Shown here: piece by piece, positions 50,723-59,417 of the stretch
Position numbering within the stretch: the first letter of the stretch is position 1
Layout of the letters: the number at the start of each line of letters is the position of its first letter
Assembly (NCBI GenBank): GCA_017481145.1
Contig: JAFUPR010000034.1
Span: forward strand, 7,596-71,595
From: Alistipes sp.
GTDB lineage: Bacteria; Bacteroidota; Bacteroidia; Bacteroidales; Rikenellaceae
Direction: 5' to 3'
DNA: 64,000 bases
Notes under the pieces: model-generated
The model's input: the letters and a program-made list of their open reading frames with translations, nothing else
The model's database searches: none
Told to the model about the DNA's origin: nothing
Position numbers and translations under genes: made by a program

Positions 50723-51838
50723 CTATTTGGGTGCTTTACGGTAGACAAATATAGCTATGATGGCAAAGATGATATTCGGCAGCCATACGCCGAGCCATGG
50801 TGCTAACGAGCCACCGATGGCTATCTGCTCAAACACGCGGCCGAGCATGATATATCCGAAGCATAGGGCTATGCCTAAGCCTATGTGCATACCCATACCT
50901 CCGCGCACCTTACGCGAGGCGAGTGATACGCCTATGATGGTAAGGATGAAGGTCGAGAAGGGGTACGAGAAGCGTGTGTGGCGCTCCACCTCGATGATAA
51001 AGACGTTGTCGGAGCCCTTGCGGCGCTGCTGCGAGAGGAAGTCGTTGAGCTCCTCGATGTTGAGAGTCTTGACAAGACCCTTGACATCGACCAGCTCGCG
51101 GGCGTCGAGGTTGATGAGCGTGTCGAGATTACGGTACTGCTTGTATCCGAGCGAGCCATCCTCGGTGCGCGAGTAGATCACATATCGAGGTGCTGTCCAG
51201 CGCCCCGACTCCTCGTCGAAGGAGGCACTGGCAGCATTTAGTGTCTCAACCATCGTCGAACCATCGTAGCGCTCCATCGCGAAGAAGGGTACACGTTCGA
51301 GGTTGGGCGAGTAGCCACGTATGTAGGCAAACGTGCCAGGCTCAATCTGTCGATATACGTGCTGATCGTAGACTATGAGTTGGTTCTTTTTCAGATACTT
51401 GCTCTGGAAGGCCACGCTATCCTTCTGGCCTTCGGGTATCACCCAGAGGCTCAGCGCAAGGCTCAGTGAGGCGATAAGTGCAGCACCTAAGGTGTAGGGC
51501 CACATCAGTCGTCGGAAGCTCACACCTCCCGAGAGGATGGCTACAATCTCGGTCTGCATAGCCATCTTCGAGGTGAAGAATATCACCGATATGAAGGTGA
51601 AGAGCGCACTAAACTGATTGATAAAGTGGGGTACGAAGTTGAGGTAGTAGTCGAAGACTACGGCCTTCCATGGTGCCTTGAGTTCGGTTAAGTCGTAGAC
51701 CTTCTCGACATAGTCGAACACCACGATGATGATGAACATCATCAAAAGTCCGAAGATGTAGGTGCGCAGAAACTTGCCGAGGATATATCTATCCAGTGTT
51801 CTATAACCAGGTATTGAGGGAATAAGTCTAAATCTCAT
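50723..51838 (-). CDS. LptF/LptG family LPS export permease
   Basis: LDRYI, FISVIFFTSKMA..TEIVAILSGG.SF.R, RKVRGGMG, WLPN. Confidence 0.9.
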   Translation of the reverse strand: MRFRLIPSIPGYRTLDRYILGKFLRTYIFGLLMMFIIIVVFDYVEKVYDLTELKAPWKAVVFDYYLNFVPHFINQFSALFTFISVIFFTSKMAMQTEIVAILSGGVSFRRLMWPYTLGAALIASLSLALSLWVIPEGQKDSVAFQSKYLKKNQLIVYDQHVYRQIEPGTFAYIRGYSPNLERVPFFAMERYDGSTMVETLNAASASFDEESGRWTAPRYVIYSRTEDGSLGYKQYRNLDTLINLDARELVDVKGLVKTLNIEELNDFLSQQRRKGSDNVFIIEVERHTRFSYPFSTFILTIIGVSLASRKVRGGMGMHIGLGIALCFGYIMLGRVFEQIAIGGSLAPWLGVWLPNIIFAIIAIFVYRKAPK

Positions 51839-51866
51839 CGTCGTGTAGGTTATTTTATGAACCTCC

Positions 51867-52997
51867 CTATAGTCGGCGCGATAGTTTTACGACCATTGTC
51901 TCCTTCCATGCCTTGAAGTCGCCAGCGATGATATGCTTGCGTGCCTCGCCCACAAGCCATAGGTAGAAGGCCGTGTTGTGCAGTGAGGCTATCTGCGCAG
52001 CGAGCATCTCCTTGCATACGACTAAGTGGTGCAAGTAGGCACGGGTGTACTGATGGTCGACGAAGGTGACACCATTGGGGTCTATGGGCGAGAAGTCCAT
52101 CTCCCACTTTTTGTTGCGTATGTTGATGATGCCCTCAGAGGTGAAGAGCTGACCGTTGCGACCATTGCGCGTAGGCATCACGCAGTCGAACATGTCGACA
52201 CCGCGGTCTATAGCCTCGAGGATGTTTATAGGTGTGCCTACGCCCATAAGGTAGCGCGGCCTATCGGTTGGCAATACTGCATTACACACCTCGATCATCG
52301 AGTACATGACATCCGTAGGCTCGCCTACTGCCAGGCCGCCTATGGCATAGCCGTCGGCGTTGTACTGCAGGACATTGCGTGCTGCCCTCTCGCGTAGGTC
52401 GGCATATCCTGCACCCTGAACTATGGGGAAGAGAGCTTGATAATGACCCCACTTGGGTGCTGTCTGATGATAGCGGTTGAAACAGCGGTCTAACCAGCGC
52501 TCGGTGAGCGCCAGCGACTTCGAGGCGTAGTCGTGGGGAGCATCCCCTGGGGGGCACTCGTCGAAGGCCATCATTATGTCGGCACCTATGGTACGCTCGG
52601 TGTCGATGACACTCTCGGGCGTGAAGAGGTGACGTGAGCCGTCGATGTGCGACTGGAAGTGACACCCCTCCTCCTTGAGCTTACGACATGCTGCTAAGGA
52701 GAATACATGGAAGCCACCGCTGTCGGTGAGCATAGGCTTTGTCCACGATGAGAAACGATGTACGCCACCCGCCCGCTCTAAGATATCCATTCCGGGGCGG
52801 AGGTATAGGTGGTAGGTGTTGGCCAAGATAATCTGCGCCTTGGCCTCATTCTCCACGTCGCGGTGGAAGATGCCCTTCATCGCTGCGGCAGTGCCTACGG
52901 GCATAAATATGGGGGTCTCGATCACGCCGTGGTCGGTGGTGATAAGTCCCGCGCGCGCCTTACTCTCGGGCGCTGTATGTTGCAGTTTAAATTCCAT
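51867..52997 (-). CDS. tgt: tRNA-guanine transglycosylase
   Basis: TPIFMPVGT, NTYHL, TDSGGF, FDEC, QG, GGLAVGE, RYLMGVG, DMFDCV.PTR. Confidence 0.96.
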   Translation of the reverse strand: MEFKLQHTAPESKARAGLITTDHGVIETPIFMPVGTAAAMKGIFHRDVENEAKAQIILANTYHLYLRPGMDILERAGGVHRFSSWTKPMLTDSGGFHVFSLAACRKLKEEGCHFQSHIDGSRHLFTPESVIDTERTIGADIMMAFDECPPGDAPHDYASKSLALTERWLDRCFNRYHQTAPKWGHYQALFPIVQGAGYADLRERAARNVLQYNADGYAIGGLAVGEPTDVMYSMIEVCNAVLPTDRPRYLMGVGTPINILEAIDRGVDMFDCVMPTRNGRNGQLFTSEGIINIRNKKWEMDFSPIDPNGVTFVDHQYTRAYLHHLVVCKEMLAAQIASLHNTAFYLWLVGEARKHIIAGDFKAWKETMVVKLSRRL

Positions 52998-53014
52998 ACT
53001 CAATATATAACGCG

Positions 53015-53022
53015 CAAATGTA
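53015..53022 (-). promoter_or_regulatory. -7 box for the tgt operon
   Basis: TACATTTG on the - strand. Confidence 0.6.
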
Positions 53023-53183
53023 CGAAAAAATTACCAAAGGCAAAAGGGCGTAGGGATAAATCTACAAAACTATTGTGGGACTATCATGCTAAGATGGCTA
53101 TCGATGCGTAATATATCGCTAAGAAAATGGGCTAAATGTATAGGTATTTTGAAAAGAAAATGAGTTTATTGCGAATGAAAATA

Positions 53184-53215
53184 TTTGCAGTTTAAAAAAA
53201 ATTTATGTAGTTTTG
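53184..53215 (+). promoter_or_regulatory. sigmaA promoter for the first surface lipoprotein
   Basis: TTTG, 20 nt, TAGTTTTG. Confidence 0.65.
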
Positions 53216-53281
53216 CGACTGATATTTAGATGTAGTGTGTGATAAGAGTAAAGTATTAACCAATTATAACTATTTAAGTCT

Positions 53282-55585
53282 ATGAGAATCAAAAACTTAT
53301 TTTACGCTTTGTTTGCGCTACCGTTGTTCTTCTTGGCTTGTGAGGACAACAACAAGGTTGACGAGGTAAAGGATCCTACCGTAGCGGTTGTCGCTGGTGA
53401 GGCTACCGAGAACTCGGTATCATTCACTATCACCTCTACCGATGCTAACAAGGTTGCATGGCTTGTTGTTGAGGCAACGGCTACATTGCCTACGGCTACT
53501 GAGATTTTTGCTGCTGGTCAGGAGGTTGCAGCTAACAAGAGTGTTGAGGCTACAGCTACTGAGTTGAAGGCTGAGACGGAGTATAAGGTTGTAGCTGCGG
53601 CTATGAACTCTAAGAAGAGTGTTATGTCTGAGGCTACTATCACCACATTGAAGGGTGCGGACGAGCCTGGTGACGAGCCTGGCGACGAGCCTGGTGACGA
53701 GCCTGGTGATGAGCCTGGTGATGATAAGAAGTACGATGTAGACTTCGTTGCAACGCAGATTTTGACTGGCTATGGTAATCAGGATGGCGTTGACTGCTAC
53801 ATTTTAGAGCTCGGTGATAAGGGCTGGGCAGAGCGTAATGGCGACATGTGGGGTGTTGATGGTGGCACCTATTATGGTTTTATCATCGTACCCTCAGCTA
53901 AGGGCAATGGTGTGCTCCCTAATGGCACATATAGCCTTAGCGAGGTTGTTAAACCCAACACTATCGTTTACGAACTTTCGTACCACTATAAGATGGTCAA
54001 TGGCGTACCCGAGGGTGGCTTTAAGATGTACAAGGATGCTAACCTAACTATCAGCGATGGTAAGGTTGAGGCAGTTGTTGAGTTTGAGGATGGCACTATC
54101 CATCGTGCAGTATTCGAGGGCGATCTCTCGGTAGATGACGGCGGTAGCCAGCCTTCTGACAAGTTCGAGGCTACGCACACTGCTACAGAGTGGACATGGG
54201 GCGGTGGCTCAAGCTATGGCAATAAGTATAATGTTAAGGGTGAGGACTTCACCGTAAGTGTTCACTTCCCCGCAGAGTACGCTACTGAGGATGGTCTTGC
54301 TGCGGGCGAGTATATCTGGACAAATACCTCATGGTGGGGATATAACGATTTCGATAATGAGTTCACTACACGAGAGTTCTATATCAAGGATGTTGATGGT
54401 GTGATGATATACGCATCTATCGTTAGAACTGGAGAGGCTCTTGTTGAGAAGAGTGGCGAGGAGTACCATATCCAGCTTACGCTCAATGCTGAGGATGGCA
54501 CGGTATATATGATTGAGTACACGGGCGAGATTACTAAGCCTACCGTTGGTGGTGGTGATGCTGAGACCATCACATTTACTTCTATGTCTGAGGGTACAGA
54601 GTTCATCTCTAATGTGTATCAGTTTGCTTTGAAAGATGATAGTGGCGAGAATACAGTGACCTTGACACTTGATAGTAGCGTTGCTGGTGCAACTGAAATT
54701 ACAGCCGGCGCCTATTCGTGGGTCAGCTCTCCGACTTATATTTATAATGGTGATGGTAATGCGGACTTCTCATTCAAAAATAAGTCGCTCTATATAGCTG
54801 GTACACAATATACTAACAATCAAATTAACGCAGGTACTTGTGCTATTGCTGTTGATAATGATGTTTATACAATCAACATTAATATCACAGTCCTCGATGT
54901 AGAGAAGACATTTGAGTATGTGGGCACTATTGGTGAGCAGGCTGGTGGCAACGACGGTGGTGAGGATACCCTGCTTACGAAGCTCGCTACACCCTCGGTG
55001 TCGGGTCTTGTTGAGGGCAATGCTGCTACGGTAAGCTGGCAGGAGGTTGCGGGCGCTAAGGATTATACCGTAACGCTCAATGGCACAGACGCTCAGACCG
55101 TGACAACAACATACGTTGTATACAACGACCTTGCATACTCGACTACGTATAGCGTCTCAGTTGTTGCTAACCCTGCCGATGCGACCGTAAATAGTGCCTC
55201 AGACGCTGGTACAGCAACGATTACTGTCGGTGCTGACCCCAACGCCGGCGGTGGCGACGAGGGCGGTAGTGATGATGGTGGCGAGACTACTGAGAGCTAC
55301 GAGAACTGGGTGTTTACGGCATCGCTTGATATGGCTACGATGAAGGTCGTTATGACAGATGGCACACACACCGTAGCATGCACACTTAGCGAGATTGCAG
55401 GAGCTACATTCTATTTTGGCGGAACTGGTGCGCTATATGTTTATGATGTTACTATAAATGGTGTTGCTGCTGAGAGCGCATCGGGTACGCTCACAATCTC
55501 TACAAATCAGGACTACGTGGTTGTTCTTGATGCAGTGATTAATGGCGTTAAATACACAGGTACTTCAACTAACTCTGTTGTATAA
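53282..55585 (+). CDS. Multi-domain surface lipoprotein (FN3-like and tandem beta modules)
   Basis: Lipobox FFLAC + acidic EDNNKVDE; FN3-like LKAETEYKVVAAA and LAYSTTYSVSVVA; Gly/Asp linkers. Confidence 0.8.
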   Translation: MRIKNLFYALFALPLFFLACEDNNKVDEVKDPTVAVVAGEATENSVSFTITSTDANKVAWLVVEATATLPTATEIFAAGQEVAANKSVEATATELKAETEYKVVAAAMNSKKSVMSEATITTLKGADEPGDEPGDEPGDEPGDEPGDDKKYDVDFVATQILTGYGNQDGVDCYILELGDKGWAERNGDMWGVDGGTYYGFIIVPSAKGNGVLPNGTYSLSEVVKPNTIVYELSYHYKMVNGVPEGGFKMYKDANLTISDGKVEAVVEFEDGTIHRAVFEGDLSVDDGGSQPSDKFEATHTATEWTWGGGSSYGNKYNVKGEDFTVSVHFPAEYATEDGLAAGEYIWTNTSWWGYNDFDNEFTTREFYIKDVDGVMIYASIVRTGEALVEKSGEEYHIQLTLNAEDGTVYMIEYTGEITKPTVGGGDAETITFTSMSEGTEFISNVYQFALKDDSGENTVTLTLDSSVAGATEITAGAYSWVSSPTYIYNGDGNADFSFKNKSLYIAGTQYTNNQINAGTCAIAVDNDVYTININITVLDVEKTFEYVGTIGEQAGGNDGGEDTLLTKLATPSVSGLVEGNAATVSWQEVAGAKDYTVTLNGTDAQTVTTTYVVYNDLAYSTTYSVSVVANPADATVNSASDAGTATITVGADPNAGGGDEGGSDDGGETTESYENWVFTASLDMATMKVVMTDGTHTVACTLSEIAGATFYFGGTGALYVYDVTINGVAAESASGTLTISTNQDYVVVLDAVINGVKYTGTSTNSVV
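53660..53719 (+). repeat. 5 x 12-bp tandem repeat encoding (DEPG)5
   Basis: GAYGAGCCTGGY x5. Confidence 0.92.
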
Positions 55586-55612
55586 CAAAAGAGCTTCTTA
55601 TTATCAAATCAT

Positions 55613-55644
55613 TCGGAGCTTCCTTGCGGGGGCTCCGATTTTTT
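55613..55644 (+). terminator. Intrinsic terminator
   Basis: TCGGAGCTTCC-TTGC-GGGGGCTCCGA followed by TTTTTT. Confidence 0.8.
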
Positions 55645-55682
55645 ACTGTCGTTTGCTGAATTTGCTGAATTTGGAACAGACA

Positions 55683-55713
55683 TTTGCAAAACACAATTTT
55701 TTCACTACCTTTG
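55683..55713 (+). promoter_or_regulatory. sigmaA promoter for the second lipoprotein
   Basis: TTTG, 19 nt, TACCTTTG; a tandem TTTGCTGAA repeat lies just upstream. Confidence 0.7.
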
Positions 55714-55798
55714 CATCGCGCTAATTATTAGGCGGTTTGCTTAATAATGATAGAAAAACTATATAGGGCGAATTTTAGAACACAAACACTCAAATATT

Positions 55799-57223
55799 AT
55801 GAAAAACATTTTTAGACTACTTTTTGGAACTCTCGCTCTTGTGGCCATCGTGGGCTGCGAGCAGGAGGGTGTAGACAATCAGGATGGCAAGGTTAAGGCT
55901 CTGCCTACGCCCACTGCCACAGCGAATGTGCAGGAGAACAACATCATCGTAGCGTGGGATGCTGTCGACTTCGCAATCTACTACGAGCTGTCGCTCAATG
56001 GTGGTGAGGCTGAGAGGGTTGAAACCACAGCCTATCGTTATGAGAGCCTGGACTACAACACGTCATACACAATCTCTATCGTGGCAGTATCTGCCGACCA
56101 GACTAAGTTCCTCAACTCTGATCCTAAGGTGCTCGAGGTTGAGATTCCTGCCCTTGAGGTCATGGCATACCGCGAGTGGTACGCCATAGCTCCTGTGACG
56201 GCTGTGTCGAACAATGGCCGCTGGGCTGTTGGTGGCTTCGACAAGAATGCTGTAATGATTGACCTCTTCAACAACCGTAGCGAGGATATATTGAATATGG
56301 AGTTTTACGATGTTGCAGACAATGGTCTTGCTGTAGGCTCGCGTTTCCGTGGCGCTGACGATGGTGGTACGGCTATCTACTATAAGGATGGTGAGTATTT
56401 CGATGTAGACCTCGGCGACTTGGTTGATGACCTCTATTGTAGCGCTCTTTGTGGTGTGACGCCCGATGGAGAGTATGCTGTGGGTTGGTTCTACGACTAC
56501 AACGAGAGTACATACTACACCTCACTCTTTGGCAGTATTGTGCCTTTTGCCTATGATATTGTCAACGACCGTGTCACAATGCTCCAGTCTGACGACACAT
56601 ATCAGCAGTATCGTGGTGGTACGCAGTGTACGGCCGTATCGCCCGACCGCCGTATCATTGGATATGAGCAGGCTGGCTCCTTGGGCATATTTGGCGTAAC
56701 ATGGGCTAATGAGGATGCTGAGTGGGAGTATATCTACCTCAAGACCGACGAGGAGCGAGCTCCTGTTGAGGCCCTTGGAGGTGCTGGCACCACACTCCTC
56801 TCACCCTCGGGTCGCTATGTATATGGCGAGGGTGTGATGGAGGATATTAATGGTGAGATCGCAGCGGCTTACGACTTTGAGAAAGACGAGGTAATGTGGT
56901 TCCCCACATTCGCCAATGGCTCTGTTACGGCCATGACCGACGGCGGTATAGCCTTCTTCAATAATGTCCCCTATGGTTATGGTACAACATCATACGTTAT
57001 CGACACCAACAAGGATTATGAGACCTCTTATACCCTTGTAGAATGGCTTAAGGCCGAGCATAACCTTGACCTCGAGGACTATATTATCGAAGGTATCATC
57101 ATCATTGGCGCATCTGCCGACGGTCGTACATTGGTGGGTATGACCAGCACCATGAGCGGATATGTTAGCTTCGCCATCAGTCTTGATGGTAAGCCTATGC
57201 CTGAGAAGGTCGTAGAGGAGTAG
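55799..57223 (+). CDS. Surface lipoprotein: FN3 domain + beta-propeller-like repeats
   Basis: Lipobox IVGC; FN3 LDYNTSYTISIVA; repeats AVSNNGRWAVG, GVTPDGEYAVG, AVSPDRRIIG, LSPSGRYVYG, GASADGRTLVG. Confidence 0.8.
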   Translation: MKNIFRLLFGTLALVAIVGCEQEGVDNQDGKVKALPTPTATANVQENNIIVAWDAVDFAIYYELSLNGGEAERVETTAYRYESLDYNTSYTISIVAVSADQTKFLNSDPKVLEVEIPALEVMAYREWYAIAPVTAVSNNGRWAVGGFDKNAVMIDLFNNRSEDILNMEFYDVADNGLAVGSRFRGADDGGTAIYYKDGEYFDVDLGDLVDDLYCSALCGVTPDGEYAVGWFYDYNESTYYTSLFGSIVPFAYDIVNDRVTMLQSDDTYQQYRGGTQCTAVSPDRRIIGYEQAGSLGIFGVTWANEDAEWEYIYLKTDEERAPVEALGGAGTTLLSPSGRYVYGEGVMEDINGEIAAAYDFEKDEVMWFPTFANGSVTAMTDGGIAFFNNVPYGYGTTSYVIDTNKDYETSYTLVEWLKAEHNLDLEDYIIEGIIIIGASADGRTLVGMTSTMSGYVSFAISLDGKPMPEKVVEE

Positions 57224-57302
57224 AGTCATATAACAGCAAAATGCTCGCCCTCAAAATGCTCATTTACGTTTAGTAAATATAAGGGTATTCTTACCTGTTT
57301 TT

Positions 57303-57361
57303 ATAAGATTTGCCAATAATATGCAAAACATTGATTTTTAGCGTATTTTGGCAAATCTTAT
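57303..57361. repeat. Inverted repeat/hairpin at the compositional boundary (possible bidirectional terminator)
   Basis: ATAAGATTTGCCAA (57303-57316) and TTGGCAAATCTTAT (57348-57361), with imperfect inner pairing. Confidence 0.7.
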
Positions 57362-57444
57362 TTTCGGTCATATTGAAATTTAGTTTTGTCGAGTAGGTCT
57401 TTCAAGTGCGCTTTTGTCAGTAAGCGAATTATATAATCTCCCGA

Positions 57445-57972
57445 TTAGAATGGAAATAGCAACGGAAGTATCAGTATCATAACAATACCCAATATGATTT
57501 GTAGCGGCAATCCTACTTTGATATAGTCAGAGAACCTATACTGTCCAGCGTGCATAACAAGTGCATTAGGTGGTGTTGCAAAAGGAGAGGCAAACGAAAG
57601 CAAGAGGCATAAGCAGCCGACTTGGACTCATATTGATACTCCTTGCCATACTTACTACAATAGGAATCATAATGGCAACAGTACCTGTATTGCTTACAAA
57701 CGCTTCCATAACGGAGGTTACTGCAATCACAAGCACAAAGAGCCTTGTTTCATTCGTGCCTGCTAATCTCATCAGTTTTGAACTTGCCATCTTTGCAAGT
57801 CCTATCTGGAATATAGCTCCGCCAACAACGAAGAGCCCAATCATCATTATCAGCACATTGCTCGAAGAGCCCGACAATACCTCTTCAGGAGTGAGGATGT
57901 CTGTTACCATCAATCCCACAAGGGCACACATCGCAACGATATCAGAGTACGGATAGCGCCAATATGGTCAAA
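57445..57972 (-). pseudogene. SLC13/DASS-family permease remnant with internal deletions
   Basis: N-part SDIVAMCAL...AFVSNTGTVA...SPSRLLMPLAF joined out of frame at about 57595 to the C-terminus FASPFATPPNALVMHAGQYRFSDYIKVGLPLQ...LPLLFPF*. Confidence 0.85.
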
Positions 57973-57993
57973 GTTCAAAACTGATCAATTATG

Positions 57994-59412
57994 CTAATTC
58001 ACCATAAGGCTGCTAAATGTTTGGTATAGGCAACTTACTAATCCGAATGTAAGAATACCAGCAAGCGAAAGCAACAGAGATATTCTCATATACCAATTAC
58101 TCTTAAATGCAGGAATCGGATTTTCCGAGCTATCAATATACATAGCCTTAACTACGAGCAGATAGTAGTAAAGTGAAATCACTGTGTTTATCAATGCCAA
58201 GAATACCACAAGGTAGTGTCCCTCGTTGAAGGCTGCTGCAAAGACCATAAACTTGCTAAAGAATCCTGCAAACGGAGGAATACCCGCAAGTGAGAATAGT
58301 GCTAAGGTCATCACAAGAGCCAGCTTTGGATTTGTTGCGTATAGTCCCTTGTAGTCATCGCGGAGCACTCGATCGCTCTTCTGCTCAATGGCGTTGATAA
58401 TGCCGAATACCGCCATATTGGCAACAACATAGACTACGATATAGTAGACAAGCGAAGCTGTGCCCTGTGCAGGATTACCAAGCATCGCTAACAATATATA
58501 ACCAGCCTGCGAAATACTACTAAATGCCATAAATCGCTTCATATTGCGCTGGCGGATGGCAAAGAGGTTACCGATGGTGATGGTAACAACAATGATAATT
58601 GATAGCATTGTAGAACTCAACGCTATCATATTACCGAATACCTTAACTAATACTGTCATAAGCGCAAAGGCCGCCGCACCTTTTGATACTGCCGAGAGCA
58701 TGCCGCCCACAACCGTGGGAGCACCCTGATAAGTGTCTGCTGTCCAGAGGTGGAATGGCACAAGGCTCAGCTTGAATGCTAAACCTGCAAAGACGAATAC
58801 CATTGCCAAAATCTGTAACTCACAGCCGTGCAGCTTGGGTGCAACATCTGCGAAATAGAGCGAGCCAGTGGCACCATACAACAACGATACACCATAGAGG
58901 AAGATGCCGCTCGAGAAGAGGGCGTAAAGGATAAATTTGGCTGCAGCCTCGCCGCTATGCTCCTTGTACTTGTCGAATGCAACAAGGCACGCCATAGGAA
59001 CGGTCGCTAACTCCAAGCCGAGGAAGAAGAGCAAGAAGTGGTCGGCGCTAACCATAAAGTACATACCAATAAGCGTACTCAATGAAAGAGTGTAGAATTC
59101 ACCAATCTTATGTTTACTATCCTCACGATTGAGCCAATCGGTACACTGCAAGAATGCCAACAGAGTACCAAACGAGAGTATCGTCTTCAAAGCCGATGCG
59201 ATGGGCGTAGAGTGGTACATTCCACCAAACAGCGTCACATCAGTGGGTACTATCGTTATAAGCATTTGCACAGTGAGAAGTATGCACGCAATAGGGTGCA
59301 AAAGTTTGCGGCGATTCTCTGGTAGAAGAAGGTCGCAGACAAACATTATCAGGAAAACTACAATCACTCCAAGTTCCTGACGCATCTGAAAAAATTGTGT
59401 TAAGTTTTCCAT
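57994..59412 (-). CDS. nuoN: NADH-quinone oxidoreductase subunit N
   Basis: GLEL, EAAAKF, FKLSLVPFHLWTADTYQGAP, KRFMAFSSISQAGY, SLAGIPPFAGFFSK. Confidence 0.95.
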   Translation of the reverse strand: MENLTQFFQMRQELGVIVVFLIMFVCDLLLPENRRKLLHPIACILLTVQMLITIVPTDVTLFGGMYHSTPIASALKTILSFGTLLAFLQCTDWLNREDSKHKIGEFYTLSLSTLIGMYFMVSADHFLLFFLGLELATVPMACLVAFDKYKEHSGEAAAKFILYALFSSGIFLYGVSLLYGATGSLYFADVAPKLHGCELQILAMVFVFAGLAFKLSLVPFHLWTADTYQGAPTVVGGMLSAVSKGAAAFALMTVLVKVFGNMIALSSTMLSIIIVVTITIGNLFAIRQRNMKRFMAFSSISQAGYILLAMLGNPAQGTASLVYYIVVYVVANMAVFGIINAIEQKSDRVLRDDYKGLYATNPKLALVMTLALFSLAGIPPFAGFFSKFMVFAAAFNEGHYLVVFLALINTVISLYYYLLVVKAMYIDSSENPIPAFKSNWYMRISLLLSLAGILTFGLVSCLYQTFSSLMVN

Positions 59413-59417
59413 AGTTA

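Noticed and set aside
52030-52095. Tgt lacks the CxCxxC zinc motif
   Set aside because: To my knowledge a common feature of Bacteroidetes Tgt; the catalytic Asp motifs are intact.
53194-53201. Phase-variable homopolymers in promoter spacers (A8 here, T9 at 23496-23504)
   Set aside because: Short A/T runs are normal in Bacteroidetes promoter spacers; no evidence of variation.
53660-53719. CRISPR-like or other spaced repeat array
   Set aside because: Repeats here and at 3904-4047 are in-frame coding repeats without unique spacers; no cas genes.
53282-57223. Diversity-generating retroelement or invertible shufflon acting on the lipoproteins
   Set aside because: No reverse transcriptase, TR/VR pair, recombinase or flanking inverted repeats seen.
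57262-57290. dif/Xer site
   Set aside because: Poor match to the XerD arm TTATGTTAAAT in either orientation.
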